Both the position numbers and the translations under genes were made by a program. DNA of 58,793 bases, from positions 1-58,793 of IMG/VR virus record IMGVR_UViG_3300017786_003035, one strand, 5' to 3'. Each line of letters starts with the position of its first letter. Position 1 is the stretch's first letter. The notes under the pieces are model-generated. The model searched no databases. It had not been told where the DNA came from and saw nothing but the letters and a program-made list of their open reading frames with translations. This stretch comes from a virus (taxonomy: Duplodnaviria > Caudoviricetes). Shown here piece by piece: positions 46,501 through 54,751 of the stretch.

Positions 46501-46836
46501 TGCTCTTACTACGAATGCTCTGTTACTAACACCTAAATATGAATATGCAGCCTGTAAGCCGTATTCATTTAACTCTCCGCCGTTTACCGGATTGTTACTT
46601 GCGTCTGTTTGGAAAATTGGATCTCCAAACGTATCAGCTAAATCTCTTTGTGATGTAATTAAGAAAGGAACGCCTGCGTTCGCTTTCGTTGTTCCTCTTG
46701 CTGTACCTGTTCCTGCCGCGTTTTGTTTATCCTGCTTGGAAGCAACAAAAAGCATTGGAGTGGTACCTGGTTCTGCTGGTGTGTAGAAACTTTCGTCAAT
46801 TACACTAACCTGTACTCCTGGTGATACTAAAGCCAT
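43558..46836 (-). CDS. 18: Contractile tail sheath protein (T4 gp18-like) with large insertion
   Basis: LVSPGVQV..ID.S N-terminus; C-terminal PWFAPAG..RG, LY...INPI, GQKT, DRINVARL, FEPND, CDESNN, I.P.KAVEFI. Confidence 0.95.
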   Translation of the reverse strand: MALVSPGVQVSVIDESFYTPAEPGTTPMLFVASKQDKQNAAGTGTARGTTKANAGVPFLITSQRDLADTFGDPIFQTDASNNPVNGGELNEYGLQAAYSYLGVSNRAFVVRADINLSEIEPSSSAPAATPANGTWWFDTALTKYGIFEWNGNAVTVTGGQSFTNKVPLVITNKVNLVGEQNTGAPKGSVGAVGNYAIVATTTVNKVYYKNSSGAWVKVGSADWVKSWPTVQATVSNPTLTIAQTIGINGTTVAATGTTATQMALDITGAGITGVSAAAVDGKLYIYSDGSSTTDGSTDDDGAIVLSAGASGTLLADLGLTAGVSYAPALEIKPHTQVPEFKTADTKTRPTGSIWFKTTDANLGVQMKVKIFNGTTQLWEEKSAPVYKTHQEAIYNLDKTGGGSNLALAQLYVQAHVSENENEEFDFTIMARNASGATTITSSAITSSSLTAQSYGFQMAESDPTKAAIQTGKALSVTATGAASDADLIADAINAAGFENIVASVDASNRVVITHSAGGEIRIKDTNSLFAGIGFAAYNYTTKAGTANLYAAPAGDATYDFHASNWKILTQTASADAPTALTTDGRLWYSSIVDEVDMMIHDGTTWKGYANVYPAADPEGPIVSATEPTQQSDTTPLVTGDIWVSTADLENYPQVHKYNADLAKWLALDEGDQSSEDGILFADARYGTTGGTATVAPAGTIKELLVSDFLDTDAPDPALYPKGMLLWNLRRSGFNVKKFQRNFVDTTAKNVRQGDVSQALYYPHRWTTESANQSNGAGSFGRKAQRKVIIQALQAMVNSNQEIRDDESRLFNVMATPGYPELIGEMVSLNYDRGLTAFVVGDTPFRLTSDATSLNNWGANTALAVEDNDEGAPSRDEYLGMFYPSLFTSDNAGNNVVVPPSHGIIRTLALSDQVSFPWFAPAGTRRGGITNATASGFIDNEGEFKSIALNEGQRDTLYSNSINPITFLTGAGLVNFGQKTRARNASALDRINVARLVIYLRSQLKKLAKPYIFEPNDKITRDEMKAQVDSLMLELVSQRALYDFLVVCDESNNTPNRIDRNELYVDIAIEPVKAVEFIYIPLRLKNTGEISGL

Positions 46837-46954
46837 TTTATTTTTCTCCTGTGGTGTTCATAATAACAACTGTTAAAAGTATTTATGCCTTTATTAAAAA
46901 AGAGTACAACAAATACCCATCGAAAAGGTGGTGAAAAGGTGAGGTAAATACAAT

Positions 46955-47293
46955 ATGAGACCTTTATGCGATTGCGGCATACGTCCTGCCGCTATAAACT
47001 ATAAAAAGAATAACAAAACTTACTATCGACGGGTATGTGAGAAATGTTTACACAATGGCGGTCGAAACATCGGTGTACCTAAATGGTATCAAGCTGGATA
47101 TCGACAAAAAGAGGTTTGCGAGAAGTGTAATTATAAGAGTAAGCATAAAGAACAGTTTAACGTATATCACATAGACGGTGATTTAAATAACTGTCGTCCT
47201 AATAACTTAAAAACTATATGTGCTAATTGTCAGAGGATTCAGCAAAAGCAAGGCGTTCAGTGGAAGCAAGGCGACCTTTTACCTGACTTTTAA
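46955..47293 (+). CDS. Zn-ribbon/HNH-like protein
   Basis: CxC, CxxC, CxxC, HIDGDLNN....NL...CANC; TAAATA 4 nt upstream. Confidence 0.75.
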   Translation: MRPLCDCGIRPAAINYKKNNKTYYRRVCEKCLHNGGRNIGVPKWYQAGYRQKEVCEKCNYKSKHKEQFNVYHIDGDLNNCRPNNLKTICANCQRIQQKQGVQWKQGDLLPDF

Positions 47294-47849
47294 GATCGTC
47301 AATAGTACCTTCATTATAGATATTAAAATCAAAATTAGCTTTAGCCCAACGCCATTCACTTGGGTGTACATCAGTTGGTTCAATGCCTAAGTCTTGGTAT
47401 TGTCTAAACCATAAAGGATCCGGACCACGTTTTACACACCATACTTTGCCACCCATACTTTTAATAACTTCTACTTCATTCTCAAAGCGTACATCAGGAA
47501 TAACAAAATTTTTATCAGGATTATCAATAATAGTCTTTTTAACAAAACTTACCCAAATGCCATCATAGAATCCGTTACGCATACAGTCGGTACCAAACTC
47601 TTGTAATACTAGTCTCGGAGTTACACTACGTCCTGTTTCTTTTGTCCAAAATGAATCTTCTTGCTCACGCCAGTAACGACTGTCTGGAGTTTCGCCTTCA
47701 AGCATATCACGTGGCCAATCAAACATTAAAGATACAGCATCTTTAAGTTTGTCCGCAAAACTAATCTTTTCAAAGTTGTGATCGTCGACTAATATATCTG
47801 CTACTGTACCTTTACCGCAACTAATAAGTCCACATATTCCAATAATCAT
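47223..47849 (-). CDS. 1: Deoxynucleoside monophosphate kinase (T4 gp1-like)
   Basis: IIGICG...GK.T, SFADKLK, PRLVLQ..GT, I.DVRF.NE, H.SE. Confidence 0.9.
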   Translation of the reverse strand: MIIGICGLISCGKGTVADILVDDHNFEKISFADKLKDAVSLMFDWPRDMLEGETPDSRYWREQEDSFWTKETGRSVTPRLVLQEFGTDCMRNGFYDGIWVSFVKKTIIDNPDKNFVIPDVRFENEVEVIKSMGGKVWCVKRGPDPLWFRQYQDLGIEPTDVHPSEWRWAKANFDFNIYNEGTIDDLKSQVKGRLASTERLAFAESSDN

Positions 47850-47873
47850 ACTGATTCCTTAATTTATAATGTT

Positions 47874-47902
47874 ATTATACATTATAATTTATCGGAAGTC
47901 AA
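47874..47902 (-). promoter_or_regulatory. Sigma70-type promoter for dNMP kinase
   Basis: TTGACT-17 nt-TATAAT, preceded by the same AATAACAC as the primase promoter. Confidence 0.75.
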
Positions 47903-47910
47903 GTGTTATT

Positions 47911-48672
47911 TTAGCCGATTGTGAAGCCGTAGCCTGTACCGCCTGGTACAGCCATTTGAATGTCCATTTCAAGTTTTTCTAGTTCGGATTGTGCTTCTGC
48001 TTTTAGGGCATCACCGTTCATAGAAGTTCCACCTTGTGGTCCAGCAATAGTAGAAAACTTACTACGTGCTTCGCCTAGCATATATTTACTTTTTGCCAAA
48101 GCATAATCTTTAATCCATTGTATAGCCATGTAGTCTTCTAATAATTCAAAGTCGGGTCTATAATTGTAAACATAAAGTAGTAATTCTTCTTCTGCTCTTG
48201 GACGTTGTAATACTGTAAGTTTTTTATTTGATCTATTCCATTTAAATTCAATAAAAGAACCAAACATACGTCCTACTAGTTCTTGGAAGCCAGCAAACGC
48301 ATTATAAGTTGCTAGGCCACCCATGTTACTACTTGCTAACAAGTAAGTATTTGTGTATGCTAGATTGAATGGTTCAAACAACGTGCCGCCATCGCCGCCA
48401 CCTGTGCGTGACCCAATTGATCTACGAAATATTTGACGTACTTCCATTATTTCATTTGGAAGAATGTAATCGTTTTGATCAATCACTGTAGGAAGAAATA
48501 TATATGATTCTTCTACAGCATTATCACTACGCTGTCTAAATTTTGTTAATGCTGTATCAAGTGCGCTTTCATAGTGTTCTGGGTCTAGTTCGACATCAAT
48601 CATGCCTCCGCCTAGATTTAACTCTATATATTTGTACACTTCTTGTCTTTTTGTCTGAATATTACTGGCCAT
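47911..48672 (-). CDS. 13: Neck protein (T4 gp13-like)
   Basis: LG...IDVELD, WIKDY.LA..K..LG....KF.....P.GG...NG. Confidence 0.85.
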   Translation of the reverse strand: MASNIQTKRQEVYKYIELNLGGGMIDVELDPEHYESALDTALTKFRQRSDNAVEESYIFLPTVIDQNDYILPNEIMEVRQIFRRSIGSRTGGGDGGTLFEPFNLAYTNTYLLASSNMGGLATYNAFAGFQELVGRMFGSFIEFKWNRSNKKLTVLQRPRAEEELLLYVYNYRPDFELLEDYMAIQWIKDYALAKSKYMLGEARSKFSTIAGPQGGTSMNGDALKAEAQSELEKLEMDIQMAVPGGTGYGFTIG

Positions 48673-48689
48673 GTTTGTTCTTCTCCGCT

Positions 48690-48717
48690 ATAGTATTTAT
48701 CATCACATAAATACTAT
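48690..48717. promoter_or_regulatory. Back-to-back late promoters forming an 11-bp inverted repeat
   Basis: ATAGTATTTAT-CATCAC-ATAAATACTAT between divergent gp13 and gp14. Confidence 0.65.
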
Positions 48718-48721
48718 TACT

Positions 48722-49885
48722 ATGCCGAGATTGAGTTTATACAAACCCGAAAAGGGAAAAGATTATTCCTTCCTTGATAAGACTATAACAGAAATGTTTA
48801 CAGTTGGAGGAACGGATGTCTTCGTTCACAAGTATTTAGGACCTAAAAATCCTGATGATGCTACTGCTACGGCTGATCAGCCACAGTACGATGCTGTAAA
48901 AGAAACAAACATACAAGATATGCTGTTTATGGAAAACAGAGATCGTAAATACGATCCAGACATTTATACAATGCGTGGCATTTATAATGTTTCAGATGTA
49001 GACTTTGATATGAGTCAATTTGGACTGTTTTTACAAAATGATATTATCTTTATGACAATTCCTATTAATTATAGTGTTAGAACATTAGGACGTAAAATTA
49101 TGTCCGGAGATGTAATTGAACTTCCGCATTTAAAAGACGAAAATGCTCTTAATGACTTTAGTGTAGCATTAAAGCGTTATTATGTAGTTGAAGATGTAAA
49201 CAGAGCAAGTGAAGGATTTTCACCTACTTGGTATCCACATTTGTATCGTGTAAAAATGAAACAAATTGTTGACTCGCAAGAATTTAAAGAAATACTTGAT
49301 TTACCAGCAGAAGAAGGTAGTACACAAACATTACGCGATGTGCTTAGTACATACGAAACAGAAATGCAAGTTAATAATGCTATTATTCAACAAGCAGAAG
49401 CAGACGCACCTAAATCAGGTTATGATACTAGTAGTTTCTACACACTACAAACTGATGACAATGGAAAAGCAGAACTTGTAAGAACTGATCAAACTGACAT
49501 TGATGCTAGTATTGAAAGTGGTCAATTAGATGCTAGTAGAGTTAATCAAACACCAGACCGTAATGGCTATGACGGATATTTATTAGGAGACGGATTAGCA
49601 CCAAACGGAGAAACATTTGGTAGCGGTATTTCTTTTCCTACAGATAGTGTAAAAGGTGACTATTTTTTACGTGTTGACATGATGCCTAATAGATTATTTA
49701 GATATGATAGCCAAAGGTGGGTCAAAATGGAAACAGTTGAACGTCAAGACCTTTCAAATACAACTACAAAACAAACACAAAAAGGTACATTTGTTAATAA
49801 TACTAACACTAGTACAATTAGTGGCGAGGTTGTTCCAGAACGTCAAGGTATTTCACAAGCACTTAAACCAAAGGCAGATAATTAA
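48722..49885 (+). CDS. 14: Neck protein (T4 gp14-like)
   Basis: G.DV, DMLF.E, SQFGL, GDVIELP; located between gp13 and gp15 homologues; start moved to ATG 48722. Confidence 0.7.
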   Translation: MPRLSLYKPEKGKDYSFLDKTITEMFTVGGTDVFVHKYLGPKNPDDATATADQPQYDAVKETNIQDMLFMENRDRKYDPDIYTMRGIYNVSDVDFDMSQFGLFLQNDIIFMTIPINYSVRTLGRKIMSGDVIELPHLKDENALNDFSVALKRYYVVEDVNRASEGFSPTWYPHLYRVKMKQIVDSQEFKEILDLPAEEGSTQTLRDVLSTYETEMQVNNAIIQQAEADAPKSGYDTSSFYTLQTDDNGKAELVRTDQTDIDASIESGQLDASRVNQTPDRNGYDGYLLGDGLAPNGETFGSGISFPTDSVKGDYFLRVDMMPNRLFRYDSQRWVKMETVERQDLSNTTTKQTQKGTFVNNTNTSTISGEVVPERQGISQALKPKADN

Positions 49886-51315
49886 TGCAACATTTTTATG
49901 ATGGACAAATTAGACGTTATGTTACACAGTTAGTAAGACTGTTTAGCAACTTCTCATATAAAGACGGTGACGGTAAAATAACACAAGTACCTGTTATGTA
50001 CGGAGACATTACTCGTCAAGTTGGACACATCCTTAGAGATAATTCAGAGAACAAAATACCTAGTGCGCCTCGCATGGCAGTTTATATTACTGGATTAGAA
50101 CAAGATAGAACACGTACATCAGACAGTTCATTTACTAGTAAAGTTCATATTAGAGAACGAGCATACGACGAAGACAACAACGAATACTTAAATACGCAAG
50201 GTAAGAACTATACAGTAGAACGTATTATGCCTAGTCCTTATACATTAAGTGTTAATGTAGATATTTGGTCAACTAATACAGATCAAAAGTTACAAATTAT
50301 GGAGCAACTATTAATGTTGTTTAATCCTAGTTTAGAAATACAAACTACAGATAACTATATTGATTGGAGTAGTTTAACTAGTGTAGAACTAACAGGAACA
50401 AGTTTTAGTAGTAGAAGTATTCCTATTGGTACAGAATCAGAAATTGATATCGCACAACTTAGTTTTACAACACCTATATACATTAACATGCCTGCTAAAG
50501 TTAAAAAACTTGGTATTATTACAAATGTTGTAATGAGTATTTTTGACGAATCAAAAGGTACAATTAACCTTGGAGAGTCTACACCAGAGCTAACAGCATA
50601 CAGTGGCACTGTACTTCCTACTACTGATTTAGAAAAAGGCGGACTTGATCTTAATATGGTAGTACGTGGTTACGAAAACTATGATCTTAATGTTCTTAAC
50701 AATGTAGCACAATTAATGAACAAAGGTTCAATTGGTACAGCATTATGGACTGATTACTTTGAAGATCGTCCACAAGATTATGTTGCTGGATTAAGTCAAT
50801 TACAATTAAAGCGTACTGTACTTCCGGGTGAAGCATCAACAGCAGGAAGTGTTAACGGAACTATTACAATTAATCCTCTAGACGAAACACAACTTGTTAT
50901 TACTTGGGACGAAGATACAATTCCTACAAATACTAATTTAAATTCTCCAGCAGGAAGAGGTAATGAAGGTAGTGTAGATTTTATCATCGATCCTAAAAAA
51001 TATAATCCAACAGGTGCTAAAACAGCAGGATTGAGATTACTACTATTAGATTCAATCGGTGACACTGGTAATGAAGACGGTCCAGACGCATGGAAAGGGT
51101 CAAGTAATATTGATTTCCATGCTAGTGAAAACGATATTATTGAATGGGACGGTAATGATTGGAATATAGTATTTGATGCTAGTACTTACACAAATACTTC
51201 TACAGTTTACATAACCAACTTAAATACTGGTGTACAGTATAAATGGACTGGTACAGAATGGATACTTTCATTCGAGGGCGAATACCGAAAAGGCTCTTGG
51301 CGTATCACCAAATAG
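49885..51315 (+). CDS. 15: Tail terminator / sheath stabiliser (T4 gp15-like) with C-terminal extension
   Basis: FYD..IRRY, F.N, VPV.YG, PRM, P.PY, QI.EQ....FNP. Confidence 0.82.
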   Translation: MQHFYDGQIRRYVTQLVRLFSNFSYKDGDGKITQVPVMYGDITRQVGHILRDNSENKIPSAPRMAVYITGLEQDRTRTSDSSFTSKVHIRERAYDEDNNEYLNTQGKNYTVERIMPSPYTLSVNVDIWSTNTDQKLQIMEQLLMLFNPSLEIQTTDNYIDWSSLTSVELTGTSFSSRSIPIGTESEIDIAQLSFTTPIYINMPAKVKKLGIITNVVMSIFDESKGTINLGESTPELTAYSGTVLPTTDLEKGGLDLNMVVRGYENYDLNVLNNVAQLMNKGSIGTALWTDYFEDRPQDYVAGLSQLQLKRTVLPGEASTAGSVNGTITINPLDETQLVITWDEDTIPTNTNLNSPAGRGNEGSVDFIIDPKKYNPTGAKTAGLRLLLLDSIGDTGNEDGPDAWKGSSNIDFHASENDIIEWDGNDWNIVFDASTYTNTSTVYITNLNTGVQYKWTGTEWILSFEGEYRKGSWRITK

Positions 51316-51328
51316 CATAACTAATTGC

Positions 51329-51778
51329 ATGAACCAAGAGATAATTTGTAGTGGTGCTCTCTTTTATTCATTAAAAACTAAACGGTTTTTGTTATTACAT
51401 AGAGCACAAAGTAAACAGAAAAATGTATGGGGCTTAGTCGGCGGGACAAACGGCAAGGATGAACTTCCGTGGCCTGCGCTACAAAGAGAAATTGAGGAAG
51501 AACTAGGCTTTCTTCCTAGCATTACTAAAACTATTCCTCTAGAAACATTTATTAGTACAGACGAAAAGTTTAGTTTTCATACATACTTGGTTGTTGTAAA
51601 TGAAGAATTCCTACCAATATTAAATGAAGAACACAATGGGTATTCATGGGTAAGTTTTGGTAAATGGCCAAAACCCTTACATGTAGGATTACGTAATACA
51701 TTACAAAGCAAAACAAATCAAACTAAACTGGAAACAGTGTTTAACTTAATTGGATATTTAGAAAATGAAACAAATTAA
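51329..51778 (+). CDS. Nudix hydrolase
   Basis: Complete Nudix box G-x5-E-x7-REIEEELG; start moved to ATG 51329. Confidence 0.88.
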   Translation: MNQEIICSGALFYSLKTKRFLLLHRAQSKQKNVWGLVGGTNGKDELPWPALQREIEEELGFLPSITKTIPLETFISTDEKFSFHTYLVVVNEEFLPILNEEHNGYSWVSFGKWPKPLHVGLRNTLQSKTNQTKLETVFNLIGYLENETN

Positions 51779-53276
51779 GAATATTACTATTGTAGGTGGT
51801 GGATCAGCGGCTTGGTTAGGTGCGGCATATCTTATGAATAACAAATGGGATCTTGAACTAACAGTTATTGATAAAGAAGTAGGTAATCCTATTGGAGTTG
51901 GTGAAGCAACAGTACTTACGTTTCCACATTTTTTAAGAGAGTGCGGATTACAACTAACTGATTGGTTTCCAAATATTGATACAACATATAAAACAGGTAT
52001 TAATTTTCCTGGTTGGAAAGATCCTAAGGGCAGTGTTTGGCATCCGTTTTATTTAAATAGAAGTTACTTTGATAAGCAATGTACACAATACGATATATGG
52101 GCGCACAATAAACAACATACAGATTTTAAAACATCAGCATTACCCACTTATAATACTGTAATGAACAACAAAGTAGACATGTGGGGATCATTTGAAACAC
52201 TAGCATATCACATTGATGCTGGAAAATTAGTAACACAACTACAAAAGTTTTGTCATGGAAATGTAAATGTAATTAAAAGTGACGTAGTTGGTGTTAATAG
52301 AGATTCATCTGGTAATGTAACAAGTGTTGAACTTAAAAACGGACACGTACACAGTTCGGATTTATTTGTTGATTGTACAGGCTTTGCCTCAATTTTAAAA
52401 GATTCTGATCGTGTAGAACTGTTAGGTGAAGGTAGATTGTTTACAAATTGTGCTGTAGCTGGTCATGTACCTTATGAAAATATTGAAGAAGAACGTGTTC
52501 CATATGTAGATTGTCCTGCTGTTGATCATGGCTGGATTTGGAAAATTCCTACACAAACACGCTTTGGAAGTGGCATGGTATTTAATAAAGATATTACAGA
52601 TATTGATACAGCGAAACAATATTTTTGCGATCACTGGAACGGAAGAATTAAACCGGAAGACTTGAAAGTTATTGATTGGGTTCCTTACTATAGTAAAAAC
52701 TTTTGGGAGAATAATGTAGTTTCAATTGGACTAAGTGGTGGATTTATCGAACCACTAGAGTCAACTGGACTTGCTAGTATGACAACAGGTTTTGAAAAGT
52801 TATTAGCACGTATCTCTCACAATGCTTACTCAGAAGCTGATGTTCATGGGTATAACCAAGAAATGATATACTGGTATGAAGATGCTGTTGACTTTATTAA
52901 CAGTCATTATGCTGACACTAAATGGGACACACCTTTTTGGAATTTTGTTAAAGAAACACATGTAAAATCTGAAAAACATCTTTATTATGAAGCATGGTTG
53001 AAAGATCCAAATAGAAAATTTTATACAAGCGTAATGTCTAAAACATTATTTCATCCACCTAACTGGCATTTATGGCTAATACAAATGGGATATCCTGTTA
53101 ATAAAGATCTAAACTATTTAAATCCTATGGAAACTGAATTTATGATGAGAGAGTTTCATATGGCCGAAGAAGTACGTGTTCGTTCAAGTATACCTCATAC
53201 TGATGCTATCGAATCTACTAACTTAGGTTGTGACTGGTGGCATCGTGGTCGTACAGGAGGAGATAAGTTACAATGA
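51765..53276 (+). CDS. Flavin-dependent (tryptophan) halogenase-like protein
   Basis: GGGSAAW, IGVGE, TYKTGINF (catalytic Lys), DCTGF, WIWKIP, FIEPLESTG. Confidence 0.88.
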   Translation: MKQIKNITIVGGGSAAWLGAAYLMNNKWDLELTVIDKEVGNPIGVGEATVLTFPHFLRECGLQLTDWFPNIDTTYKTGINFPGWKDPKGSVWHPFYLNRSYFDKQCTQYDIWAHNKQHTDFKTSALPTYNTVMNNKVDMWGSFETLAYHIDAGKLVTQLQKFCHGNVNVIKSDVVGVNRDSSGNVTSVELKNGHVHSSDLFVDCTGFASILKDSDRVELLGEGRLFTNCAVAGHVPYENIEEERVPYVDCPAVDHGWIWKIPTQTRFGSGMVFNKDITDIDTAKQYFCDHWNGRIKPEDLKVIDWVPYYSKNFWENNVVSIGLSGGFIEPLESTGLASMTTGFEKLLARISHNAYSEADVHGYNQEMIYWYEDAVDFINSHYADTKWDTPFWNFVKETHVKSEKHLYYEAWLKDPNRKFYTSVMSKTLFHPPNWHLWLIQMGYPVNKDLNYLNPMETEFMMREFHMAEEVRVRSSIPHTDAIESTNLGCDWWHRGRTGGDKLQ

Positions 53277-54748
53277 AAATTGTAGTTGTCGGTGGCGGTA
53301 CAGCCGGATGGCTTGCGGCACTAATGGTTTCAAAAATTAGACCTGAACATAGCGTTACATGTATTGAAAGTTCAAAGATTGGTATTATTGGAGCAGGTGA
53401 AGGATCAACAGGATCACTTACTAATGTTGTACAAAATATTATGTGGAACTTAGGTTGTAATGAGCAAGATTTTATTAAAGAGTGTGATGCTACAATTAAA
53501 CTAGGTATCAAACATATTGGGTGGGGACCAGACAAAACTAAGTCTTATATTGGACCAATTGATGGTACTCCTACTAGTAATGATATGGCTGACATTGTAT
53601 TCCAACATGCTTTAGGATATAGAGAGCAGGACTTATTACACATTGCTACTGAGCTTGGTTATAAAATTCATCATAATAAAAATAGTTTTGTAGAGCAAGA
53701 AGGAAACCATGCTTATCATTTTGATGCCCATAAAGTTGGACAGTATTTTAAGAAGATTTGTAGTACAGTAACACACATTGATAGCGAAGTTGAGCATGTT
53801 AATATCGACAGTCATTTAGGATTTGTATCGTCAGTAAAGTTAAGTAACGGTGATACAGTAAAGGGTGATATGTTTATTGACGCAAGTGGATTTAATCAAG
53901 TTCTAATGAAAGCAGTAGGCGGTAAATGGAAAAGTTACAAAGAAAACTTGCCTGTAAATAGCGCATTACCGTTTTTATTACCGTATGAAGACGATGAAAA
54001 GATTGAACCTGTTACTAACGCCTGGGCACAAAATAATGGATGGTGCTGGCAAATTCCAACAAAAGAACGTCGCGGATGTGGCTATGTATTCTGTGATGAC
54101 TTTGTTACACCGGATCAAGCACACGCTGAACTTGAACAAACAATCGGACGTAAAGTTGATCCAATTAGACTACTAAAGTTTGATAGTGGTAGACAAGAAG
54201 ACGTTTGGATTAAGAATGTATTATCAGTAGGACTATGTGCGGCATTTGCTGAACCTCTCGAAGCAACTAGTATTCATACTACTATTATGCAGTTAAAACA
54301 TTTTATTTTTAGTTGCTTAGGAGCAACTGCTGAAGAAACATGTAATCCAGGACAAGTAGAAAATTACAACAAAGTAAACGGCAACTTATACGATAACATG
54401 AAAGATTTTCTTGTAGCACACTATACATGTGGAAGAAACGATACAGAGTTTTGGAAGTATATTAATAGCGGTGCTACTATAACACCGTTTGTTGAGCATA
54501 TAAGAGGTGTTTGTAAACATCGTGTACCAAACACATCATTGTTTCCTAAACAAGAAGGTTCTGCGGGTTGGCCGTTATGGAGTTATGTACTAGCAGGTAC
54601 AGGACAATTATCAGATGAAATAGCAAGGCAAGAAATTGAATTTAATTCAACTAACGTGTTAGCTGATACATCTTATATCAATCATATTAAACAATTTGAT
54701 CAAATGGCAAAAGACTTGCCAGACAATACCCAATATATAAAAGGTTAA
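53273..54748 (+). CDS. Flavin-dependent (tryptophan) halogenase-like protein
   Basis: GGGTAGW, IGAGEGS, TIKLGI, DASGF, WCWQIP, FAEPLEATS. Confidence 0.88.
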   Translation: MKIVVVGGGTAGWLAALMVSKIRPEHSVTCIESSKIGIIGAGEGSTGSLTNVVQNIMWNLGCNEQDFIKECDATIKLGIKHIGWGPDKTKSYIGPIDGTPTSNDMADIVFQHALGYREQDLLHIATELGYKIHHNKNSFVEQEGNHAYHFDAHKVGQYFKKICSTVTHIDSEVEHVNIDSHLGFVSSVKLSNGDTVKGDMFIDASGFNQVLMKAVGGKWKSYKENLPVNSALPFLLPYEDDEKIEPVTNAWAQNNGWCWQIPTKERRGCGYVFCDDFVTPDQAHAELEQTIGRKVDPIRLLKFDSGRQEDVWIKNVLSVGLCAAFAEPLEATSIHTTIMQLKHFIFSCLGATAEETCNPGQVENYNKVNGNLYDNMKDFLVAHYTCGRNDTEFWKYINSGATITPFVEHIRGVCKHRVPNTSLFPKQEGSAGWPLWSYVLAGTGQLSDEIARQEIEFNSTNVLADTSYINHIKQFDQMAKDLPDNTQYIKG

Positions 54749-54751
54749 TAA

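Noticed and set aside
156-46786. Numerous plus-strand ORFs of 60-164 aa antisense to minus-strand genes (e.g. 12859..13320, 41584..42024, 46292..46786)
   Set aside because: They lie opposite well-supported genes, lack motifs, and have the composition of antisense shadows.
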